Part shown: positions 14,069 through 20,898 of the stretch, in pieces
Position numbering within the stretch: position 1 is the stretch's first letter
Layout: each line of letters starts with the position of its first letter
Source: an uncultured Mycobacteriaceae bacterium
GTDB lineage: Bacteria > Pseudomonadota > Alphaproteobacteria > DSM-16000 > Inquilinaceae
Assembly: GCA_964526565.1 (NCBI GenBank)
Contig: CAZGMC010000004.1
Coordinates: forward strand, 15,370 to 39,369
DNA: 24,000 nt
Direction: 5' to 3'
The notes under the pieces: generated by a model
The model's database searches: none
Told to the model about the DNA's origin: nothing
The model's input: only the letters and a program-made list of their open reading frames with translations
Program-made: the position numbers and the translations under genes

Positions 14069-16900
14069 ATGAGCGCAGAGGCACAGGAGCGGCAGTCCTC
14101 CGCCAACAACCTGGAGGATCTGGTGGCATCGACCGATACCGGCGCCCGCCACCCGGACAGCCCCGTCGCCGCCAGGATCATGATCCATGCGGCGTTCCTC
14201 TGGTCGGTGTTCCAGCTGTGGATCGCCTCGCCGCTGCGCTTCCACGATTACTTCGGCGTCACCTTCAGCCCGAACGATGCCCAGACGCGGGCGATCCACC
14301 TCGGCTTCGCGCTGTTCCTGGCCTTCCTGGCCTTTCCCGCACTGAAGCGCTCGCCGCGCGACCGCGTGCCGGCGCTCGACTGGGTCCTGGCCATCGTCGG
14401 CGCCTTCTGCGCCAGCTATCGCTTCTGGTTCTATGATGACCTGGCGCGGCGTCCCGGCCTGCCCACCGACCTGGACATCTGGGTGTCGGTGGTCGGCCTG
14501 ATCCTGCTGCTGGAGGGCACGCGGCGCTCGCTGGGGCCGCCGCTGATGGGCGTGGCGATGGTGTTCCTCGCCTACGTCTTCTTCGGCGACGCCAACTGGC
14601 TGCCGGACATGATTCGCTATCCGGGCGCCAGCCTGAACCGCGCCATGAGCCATATGTGGCTGGAGGACCAGGGCGTGTTCGGCATCGCGCTGGGTGTCTC
14701 CACCAAGTTCGTGTTCCTGTTCGTCCTGTTCGGTGCGCTGCTGGAGCGGGCCGGGGCCGGCAACTATTTCATCAAGGTGGCATTCTCCCTGCTCGGCCAT
14801 TTGCGCGGCGGCCCGGCCAAGGCGGCGGTGGTCGCCTCGGGCATGACCGGGCTGATCTCCGGCTCGTCGATCGCCAACGTCGTCACCACCGGCACCTTCA
14901 CCATCCCGCTGATGCGGCGGGTCGGCTTCACCTCGGAGAAGGCCGGCGCGGTCGAGGTGGCCAGCTCCGTCAACGGCCAGATCATGCCGCCGGTGATGGG
15001 CGCGGCCGCCTTCCTGATGGTCGAGTACGTCGGCATCCCGTACATCGACGTGATCCGCCATGCCTTCCTGCCGGCGGTGATCTCGTACATCGCGCTGCTC
15101 TACATCGTCCACCTGGAGGCGCTGAAGCAGAACATGACCGGCCTGCCGCGGCCCGGCCGGCCGCTCGGGGGCAGGTGGGCGCTGATCGCCTTCGGCTTCA
15201 CGGTCGCCTCGGTGCTGATCATCGCCGGCGCGGCCTACTGGGTGCTGGCCGCAGCGGCGGCCCTGGCACTGGACAGCGCGGTGTTGCTCGGCATCCTCGC
15301 CGTGTTCGCGCTGGAGGTCGTGTTCTTCAAGGCGCTCAAGGCGCGCCTGCCCGCCGACCGCGCCCGCCACTTCATCTCGGCCGGCGCCCTGGTGCTGGGC
15401 AACGTCGTCCTCGGCACGCTGGCACTGTACTACGGCATCGCCGTGCTGCGCGACGTGTTCGGCGGCGGCGCCAGCTGGGCGATTGCGGCGCTGGCCGCCG
15501 TGGTCTACGTGGCGCTGATCTGGTACGCGGCGCGGGTGCCCGAGCTGGAGATGGACGACCCGAACTCGCCGATCATCCACCTGCCCGAGCCGGGACCCAC
15601 GGTGAAATCCGGCCTGCACTTCCTGCTGCCGATCGTCGTGCTGGTCTGGAGCCTGATGATCGAGCGGCTGTCGCCGGCGCTGTCGGCGTTCTGGGCGACC
15701 GCGCTGATGATCTTCATAGTGCTGACGCAGCGCCCCCTGTTCGGCATCTTCCGCCGGTCGCGCCAGCCGCTGTGGGACGCCGCGAAGCAGGGCTTCTCCG
15801 AGCTGTTCGAGGGCATGGTCACCGGCGCGCGCAACATGATCGGCATCGGCATCGCCACGGCCACCGCCGGCATCATCGTCGGCACCGTGACGCTGACCGG
15901 CATCGGCCTGGTCATGGCAAATTTCGTCGAGTTCCTGTCCCAGGGCAGCCTGATCCTGATGCTGCTCCTGGTCGCCGTGCTCAGCCTGATCCTGGGCATG
16001 GGCCTGCCGACGACCGCCAACTACATCGTCGTGTCCGCCCTGATGGCCCCGGTCGTGGTCGAGCTGGGCGCCCAGAGCGGGCTGGTCGTGCCGCTGATCG
16101 CCGTGCACCTGTTCGTGTTCTACTTCGGCATCATGGCCGACGTGACGCCGCCGGTGGGCCTGGCCTCGTTCGCCGCCGCCGCGGTATCGGGCGGCGACCC
16201 GATCCGCACCGGCATCATTGCCTTCTACTATTCGTTGCGGACTGCGGCGCTGCCCTTTATCTTCATTTTCAACACACAGATCCTGTTGATCGGCATCGTT
16301 GGACCGGTCAACCTGATTCTGACCGTGGGCAGCGCCACCGTCGCCATGCTGGTCTTCGCCGCTGCCACCCAGGGCTATTTTTTCACGCGCAGCCGTCTTT
16401 GGGAATCGGCCGTGCTGCTGCTGGTCGCGTTCACCCTGTTCCGGCCGGGCTTCTGGATGGACATGGTGTTTCCCCCAATCGAGCAGGCCGACCCGGCGCA
16501 ACTCGTCGAGCTGGCCGAGCAGGCGCCGCGCGGCGGCCGCCTGCGTGTCATCCTTGAGCGGGAAGACTTTCGCGGCAACGTGACGAGGGTCACGCAGATG
16601 CTCGACCTCGGGCCCGCCGGCCCCGGCGAGGAGCGGCTGCGCCATGCCGGGCTGGATTTCTTGACGGTTGGCGAGGACGAGGTCACCGCCGAGCCGGTCA
16701 TGTTCGGGCCGCTCGACGACCCGGACTTCGACCCGGTGCTGACCGTCGTGTCCGTCCAGCAGCGTGCCGAGGTGCCACCGAAGGAGCTTGCCTTCATTCC
16801 GGCCCTTCTGGTGCTGGGCCTGATCGTCCATATACAGCGGGTGCGCAGCCGGCGCCAACCGGCAGCACCGGCGGCCGCGGCGGCGGAGGCAAGGGTGTAG
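14069..16900 (+). CDS. TAXI-type TRAP transporter fused permease with a C-terminal extension (DUF3394-like)
   Basis: The 943-aa product is very hydrophobic with many TM segments. SVFQLWIASPL near the N-terminus and SGSSIANVVTTGTFTIPLM are typical of fused DctQM-like TAXI permeases. The last ~150 aa are a mostly soluble segment ending in one more TM (FIPALLVLGLIVHI). Confidence 0.88.
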   Translation: MSAEAQERQSSANNLEDLVASTDTGARHPDSPVAARIMIHAAFLWSVFQLWIASPLRFHDYFGVTFSPNDAQTRAIHLGFALFLAFLAFPALKRSPRDRVPALDWVLAIVGAFCASYRFWFYDDLARRPGLPTDLDIWVSVVGLILLLEGTRRSLGPPLMGVAMVFLAYVFFGDANWLPDMIRYPGASLNRAMSHMWLEDQGVFGIALGVSTKFVFLFVLFGALLERAGAGNYFIKVAFSLLGHLRGGPAKAAVVASGMTGLISGSSIANVVTTGTFTIPLMRRVGFTSEKAGAVEVASSVNGQIMPPVMGAAAFLMVEYVGIPYIDVIRHAFLPAVISYIALLYIVHLEALKQNMTGLPRPGRPLGGRWALIAFGFTVASVLIIAGAAYWVLAAAAALALDSAVLLGILAVFALEVVFFKALKARLPADRARHFISAGALVLGNVVLGTLALYYGIAVLRDVFGGGASWAIAALAAVVYVALIWYAARVPELEMDDPNSPIIHLPEPGPTVKSGLHFLLPIVVLVWSLMIERLSPALSAFWATALMIFIVLTQRPLFGIFRRSRQPLWDAAKQGFSELFEGMVTGARNMIGIGIATATAGIIVGTVTLTGIGLVMANFVEFLSQGSLILMLLLVAVLSLILGMGLPTTANYIVVSALMAPVVVELGAQSGLVVPLIAVHLFVFYFGIMADVTPPVGLASFAAAAVSGGDPIRTGIIAFYYSLRTAALPFIFIFNTQILLIGIVGPVNLILTVGSATVAMLVFAAATQGYFFTRSRLWESAVLLLVAFTLFRPGFWMDMVFPPIEQADPAQLVELAEQAPRGGRLRVILEREDFRGNVTRVTQMLDLGPAGPGEERLRHAGLDFLTVGEDEVTAEPVMFGPLDDPDFDPVLTVVSVQQRAEVPPKELAFIPALLVLGLIVHIQRVRSRRQPAAPAAAAAEARV

Positions 16901-16906
16901 GCGACC

Positions 16907-17335
16907 ATGTACCGGGACATCCTCTTGCCGGTCGACCTGGCCGATTCCAGCTCATGGCGTGCGGCACTGCCAGTGGCGCTGACATTGTGCCGGTCGTTCG
17001 GCGCCCGGCTGCACGTGGTCAGCGTAGTGCCGGACTTCGGCATGGCCATTGTCGGCCAGTACTTTCCCGAAAGCTTCGAGAAGGAGATGATCGAGGAGAC
17101 ACGCAAGGCCCTGCACGCCTTCGTCGGCGAGCACGTGCCGGCGGACGTGCCGGTGCAGCACGTCGTCGCCCACGGCACGGTCTATCAGGAGATCCTGCGC
17201 GCCGCCCACGACACGGGCGTCGACCTCATCGTCATCGCCTCGCACCGGCCGGAGCTGCGCGACTACCTGCTGGGCCCCAACGCCGCCCGCGTCGTGCGCC
17301 ACGCCGGCATGTCGGTGCTGGTCGTGCGCGAGTGA
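16907..17335 (+). CDS. universal stress protein (UspA family)
   Basis: The 142-aa product has YRDILLPVDL at the N-terminus and DLIVIASHRPELRDYLLGPNAARVVRHAGMSVLVVR at the C-terminus. It starts 6 nt after the permease stop. Confidence 0.85.
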   Translation: MYRDILLPVDLADSSSWRAALPVALTLCRSFGARLHVVSVVPDFGMAIVGQYFPESFEKEMIEETRKALHAFVGEHVPADVPVQHVVAHGTVYQEILRAAHDTGVDLIVIASHRPELRDYLLGPNAARVVRHAGMSVLVVRE

Positions 17336-17347
17336 GGGACGGATACG

Positions 17348-18082
17348 ATGATCGATTGGAACCGTCTGAGCCGGCCCGAACTGACGGCCATGCATGAGGC
17401 CGCCACCGAGGTGGTGTTGTGCCAGCGCGTGCTGGCCAAGACGGGCGACAACGTGGTCTCCGAAATCCTGCGCGATGCCGGAACCTTCTTTGAATGGCAT
17501 CACTATCCCAAAGGCGACGTCTACGACGCCGAGTACCACGCACAGTATTACTACCACGCTCATCCCGAGGGTCAGCGCGTCCCCGGCGAACACGGCCACT
17601 TCCACGTGTTCCTGCGCCCCTTCGGCATGCCGGAGGGAATGAAGCCGGCACCACTGCCCGACTACAAGCCGGCCCGGAACCGCAATGACGAATTGAGCCA
17701 TCTGGTCGGCATCTCCATGAACGGGGCCGGCCAGGCGATCCGTCTGTTCACCACCAACCGCTGGGTCACGGGCGAGACTTGGTACTCGGCCGAAGATGTG
17801 ACCGCCATGCTTGATCGCTTCGTGATCGACCACGCGCGGCCGTCGTGGCCGACCAACCGCTGGATCACCGCCATGATGCGGCTGTTCCGGCCGCAGATCG
17901 CCGCCCTGCTGCACCAGCGCGACCGGCGCATCGCCGAGTGTGCAGCGCAGAGCCGGAGCCGGAACGTCTATGAGGACCGCGACCTCGAGGTGACGTCGGA
18001 GCTGGGCATTTCGGTGCCGGACCAGATCGTCGCCCTGGAAGATGCCATGCAGGGCCTGCGCCGCGACGCCGCAGCGGTCTGA
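17348..18082 (+). CDS. His-cluster protein of unknown function (I recall relatives catalogued only as a DUF, possibly DUF6969; unverified)
   Basis: The 244-aa ORF starts 12 nt after usp and has high GC3 throughout. It contains a dense His/Tyr cluster, WHHYPKGDVYDAEYHAQYYYHAHPEGQRVPGEHGHFHVF. It has no motif of a characterised enzyme family that I can name. Confidence 0.7.
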   Translation: MIDWNRLSRPELTAMHEAATEVVLCQRVLAKTGDNVVSEILRDAGTFFEWHHYPKGDVYDAEYHAQYYYHAHPEGQRVPGEHGHFHVFLRPFGMPEGMKPAPLPDYKPARNRNDELSHLVGISMNGAGQAIRLFTTNRWVTGETWYSAEDVTAMLDRFVIDHARPSWPTNRWITAMMRLFRPQIAALLHQRDRRIAECAAQSRSRNVYEDRDLEVTSELGISVPDQIVALEDAMQGLRRDAAAV

Positions 18083-18135
18083 AGACGGCCTTCGGCCGAC
18101 CACAGGGACCGCCCGCGCCGGCAGCGGCAGCGGCC

Positions 18136-18182
18136 GTCGGCTCCCCCCTCCCCCCGGGGGGGGGGCCAGGCAGGCAGCCGAC
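18136..18182. repeat. GC homopolymer palindrome: GTCGGCT-C6-T-C6-G10-...-AGCCGAC
   Basis: Read directly from the sequence: C6 at 18143-18148, T at 18149, C6 at 18150-18155 and G10 at 18156-18165. The flanking 7-bp inverted repeat is GTCGGCT (18136-18142) and AGCCGAC (18176-18182). Confidence 0.9.
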
Positions 18183-18371
18183 TTCATCTGCCCATCCGCC
18201 TTCTGACCCGGTCCGGCCGGTCCCGAACGCCCATCCGGCGCCGGTCAACGCGCATCAACAACGCTCGCCATGCGTCAGCGCATCTGAACAGCGCTGGACC
18301 CGTTTTGACATGCATCATGGCGGTTCGTCGCAGCAAACATCAGTATGCCCGTGTTCGCAGTCGTTCGGTCG

Positions 18372-18394
18372 TGTTCATGTCAGTTTGATGAACA
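18372..18394. promoter_or_regulatory. inverted repeat TGTTCAT-N9-ATGAACA (candidate operator)
   Basis: The 7-bp arms are perfect. The repeat lies 88 nt upstream of the 18482 start. The right arm is part of ATGAACATGG, which recurs exactly at the start codon (18482-18491). Confidence 0.35.
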
Positions 18395-18481
18395 TGGTGC
18401 CGGCAGAGCAGGGCAGCGCTCGCGGGCCCGCCTTTGCACCACGATGGATGACGGCTCGAGACGACGAAGGGATCCTTCCGT

Positions 18482-20371
18482 ATGAACATGGACAGTAACA
18501 GCAGAACCTTGCCGTTCGTGCTGCCCGACGACTATCAGGCCGTGGTCGCCTCGGCCCCGCGCGTCTTCGTTCCGGAGACGCGGCGGGAGCTGGTAGACTT
18601 GGCGCTCGGCGGCGCCGGCAGCGACCGCTTCGAGGTCGGCTATGACGTGCCCGGCAAGGGCTATGTCGCCGAGGCCGAGGTGGTGCGCGCCCGCAATGGC
18701 GTCGTGGTCAACTACCTTGAGTCGTACATGCGCCGCCGGGATCCCGACAGCATGGTCGTGGCCGATGCCGCCCCCACGGACCAGCGGCGCTTCGACGACC
18801 GGTTCGGCGGGCCATTCGCGCCGGTCCGCAAGGACATCCTGAACTGGCTGGCCGCGCAGGAACTGGTGCTGGTCCCGTTCAAGGCGGGGCACGCGGACTA
18901 CGGCTACGACGCGCTGCTGCTGGCCCCGGCCAATGCCGGCTTCTTCGCCGCCGCGTTGGCCGACCTGCAGGGCAGCATCCCCGGCAGCGAGGTGCCAACG
19001 GACTTCGCCCCGCGCGCCTTCGTCGTCCTGGCGCCGCCGTTCCGGCACACCCTGTGCGAGGGCCGACAGGTCGTGGTCCATAACCGGACCGACCAGGCCC
19101 ACGAGGTGTTCTCGTTCAACCTCTATCCGGGCCCCAGCGCCAAGAAGGGCATCTACGGCGTCCTGCTCAACATCGGTGAGGCCGAGGGCTGGGTCACCAC
19201 CCACTCCTCGACGGTGCAGCTGGTCACGCCCTACGACAACACGTTCACGATCATGCACGAGGGTGCCTCGGGCGGCGGCAAGAGCGAGATGCTGGAATAC
19301 CCGCACCGTGAGATCGACGGGCGCCTGCTGCTCGGCCACAACCTGGTCACCGGCGAGAAGCGCTACCTCACCCTGCCGCGCGCCTGCGAGCTGCATCCGG
19401 TCACCGACGACATGGCCCAGTGCCAGCCGAGCCTGCAGAACCAGAGCCGGAAGCTGGTCGCCACCGACGCCGAGAACGGCTGGTTCGTGCGCGTCGACCA
19501 CATCAAGCAGTACGGCACCGATCCGCACCTGGAGCGGACCTGCGTCAATCCGACCGAGCCTCTGCTGTTCCTGAACCTGGAGGCAGTTCCCGGCGCCACC
19601 TGCCTGATCTGGGAGCACACATATGACGCTCCCGGCAAGCCGTGCCCGAACCCGCGCGTGGTGCTGCCACGCCAGCAGGTGCCGAACATCCAGAACGATC
19701 CGGTCGAGGTCGACATCCGCACGCTGGGGGTGCGCACGCCGCCGTGCACGAAGGAGCAGCCGAGCTACGGCATCCTCGGCATGATGCACGTCCTGCCGCC
19801 GCCGCTCGGCTGGCTGTGGCGGCTGGCCACCCCGCGCGGCCATGCCAACCCCAGCATCGTCGATACCGGCGGCCTGAGCAGCGAGGGCGTCGGCTCGTTC
19901 TGGCCGTTCGCCACGGGGCAAAAGGTCGAGCTGGCCAACATCCTGCTGCGCCAGATCCGCGAGACGCCGGAAACCGACTTCGCCATCTTTGCCAACAGCC
20001 ACATCGGCTGCTGGAAGGTCGACTTCATGCCGCAGTGGATCGGCCGCGAATACCTGGCGCGGCGCGGCGGCGCGCGGTTCCGTCCCGGCCAGCTCGAGCG
20101 GGCGCGGCTGGCGATCCTGGGTTATGTGCAGTTGCAGATGCAGGTCGAGGGGGCGCTGGTCCCGGACTGGTTCCTGCGCACCCATCTGCAGCCGGAGGTC
20201 GGCGAGGAGGCCTATGACATCGGCGGCGAACAGCTGATGGGCTACTTCCGGCGCGAACTGGAGCATTTCCGCAAGGCGCCGTCCCTCGACCCGGTGGGCC
20301 GGCGCATCCTGGAGGTCTTCTTCGACGGCGGCCACCAGGGCAACTACAAGGACGCCTGGGCGGCGGCCTGA
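18482..20371 (+). CDS. large protein of unknown function with a PEPCK/HprK-type P-loop (I recall relatives annotated as DUF4914; unverified)
   Basis: The 629-aa ORF has high GC3. It carries the P-loop HEGASGGGKSEMLE (nt 19262-19288), followed about 40 aa later by HPVTDDMAQC and then ENGWFVRVDH. This order resembles the PEP carboxykinase kinase-1a/kinase-2 motifs and the HPr kinase GxSGxGKSE...ADD motifs. An in-frame stop at 18449-18451 fixes the first possible start at 18482. Confidence 0.8.
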   Translation: MNMDSNSRTLPFVLPDDYQAVVASAPRVFVPETRRELVDLALGGAGSDRFEVGYDVPGKGYVAEAEVVRARNGVVVNYLESYMRRRDPDSMVVADAAPTDQRRFDDRFGGPFAPVRKDILNWLAAQELVLVPFKAGHADYGYDALLLAPANAGFFAAALADLQGSIPGSEVPTDFAPRAFVVLAPPFRHTLCEGRQVVVHNRTDQAHEVFSFNLYPGPSAKKGIYGVLLNIGEAEGWVTTHSSTVQLVTPYDNTFTIMHEGASGGGKSEMLEYPHREIDGRLLLGHNLVTGEKRYLTLPRACELHPVTDDMAQCQPSLQNQSRKLVATDAENGWFVRVDHIKQYGTDPHLERTCVNPTEPLLFLNLEAVPGATCLIWEHTYDAPGKPCPNPRVVLPRQQVPNIQNDPVEVDIRTLGVRTPPCTKEQPSYGILGMMHVLPPPLGWLWRLATPRGHANPSIVDTGGLSSEGVGSFWPFATGQKVELANILLRQIRETPETDFAIFANSHIGCWKVDFMPQWIGREYLARRGGARFRPGQLERARLAILGYVQLQMQVEGALVPDWFLRTHLQPEVGEEAYDIGGEQLMGYFRRELEHFRKAPSLDPVGRRILEVFFDGGHQGNYKDAWAAA

Positions 20372-20389
20372 ACGGACGTTGGACGGCCT

Positions 20390-20422
20390 GGGGCGGAGCG
20401 GCAGGCAGAGCCGCTCCGCCCC
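20390..20422. terminator. bidirectional terminator-like hairpin between convergent genes
   Basis: GGGGCGGAGCGGC-aggcaga-GCCGCTCCGCCCC is a perfect 13-bp stem. It sits between the stop at 20371 (+) and the stop at 20449 (-). It is followed by ATTCCTTTCC, which is only a weak T-tract. Confidence 0.6.
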
Positions 20423-20448
20423 ATTCCTTTCCGGGCGTGGGCGGAGCC

Positions 20449-20898
20449 CTAGTCCGCTGCCTGCTCCGGCGCCGTCACGCGGCGCAGATAGGCCATCAGG
20501 GCACGCAGATCCTCGTCGTCGCGCAGAGCGGCGAAGGCCATGCGATTGCCGGGAATGTAGCGGCGGGGCTCGCGCAGATAGGCCTCCAGCGTTTCCTCGG
20601 TCCACACGATGTCGGCGTTGCGCATGGCCTCGGAATAGCGGAAGTCCGGCAGACTGCCGGCCGGCCGGCCGAACAGACCGACCAGGTGCGGCCCCACCTT
20701 GTTTTCGCGATGAGCGGCGGCGTGGCAGGCGGCGCAGCGGGTATAGACCTGCCGCCCCTGAGCGAACAGGGCATACTCTGCCGTGCCCGTGTCGCCATCG
20801 CCGCCGTCACCGCAGCCGGCGGCCCCGAGCAGCAGCGCCGCCGCGACCGTCGGCTTCAGCCAGCGCCTCAGCCAGCGCCTCAGCCAGCGCCTCAGCAT
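20449..20898 (-). CDS. lipoprotein-type class I cytochrome c (c2-like)
   Basis: The product has the heme motif CAACH, NKVGPHLVGLFGRPAG, and the distal Met context IPGNRMAF. The N-terminus MLRRWLRRWLRRWLKPTVAAALLLGAAGC has a lipobox-like LGAAG-C. The start at ATG 20898 overlaps the rhodanese stop by 7 nt. Confidence 0.85.
   Translation of the reverse strand: MLRRWLRRWLRRWLKPTVAAALLLGAAGCGDGGDGDTGTAEYALFAQGRQVYTRCAACHAAAHRENKVGPHLVGLFGRPAGSLPDFRYSEAMRNADIVWTEETLEAYLREPRRYIPGNRMAFAALRDDEDLRALMAYLRRVTAPEQAAD
20856..20896 (-). repeat. in-frame 12-bp tandem repeat (3.4 copies of TCAGCCAGCGCC on the + strand) encoding (RRWL)x3
   Basis: Read directly from the sequence, with copies at 20856-20867, 20868-20879 and 20880-20891 plus a partial copy at 20892-20896. 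On the minus strand it reads ATG CTG (AGG CGC TGG CTG)x3 AAG. Confidence 0.95.

Noticed and set aside
13769-16858. Very long antisense ORFs. Examples are 13769..16858 (1029 aa), 3239..5611 (790 aa), 18380..20605 (741 aa), 11905..13413 (502 aa), 10076..11326 (416 aa), 16952..18187 (411 aa) and 240..1397 (385 aa).
   Set aside because: All lie opposite genes with clear family motifs. Their translations are dominated by R/G/A/P/D/H/Q runs with no recognisable motif. Stop-free antisense frames are expected in high-GC DNA with strong GC3 bias. I treat them as shadow ORFs.
18305-18333. Perfect TTGACA at 18305-18310 as the -35 of the P-loop gene promoter.
   Set aside because: No acceptable -10 hexamer lies 16-18 nt downstream (GTCGCA, TCGCAG, CGCAGC), so I cannot call a sigma70 promoter from sequence alone.
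20853-20898. RRWLK in the cytochrome c N-terminus as a twin-arginine (Tat) signal.
   Set aside because: It does not fit S/T-R-R-x-F-L-K well (there is no F-L after the variable residue). In addition, c-type cytochromes are normally exported unfolded via Sec for periplasmic heme attachment.
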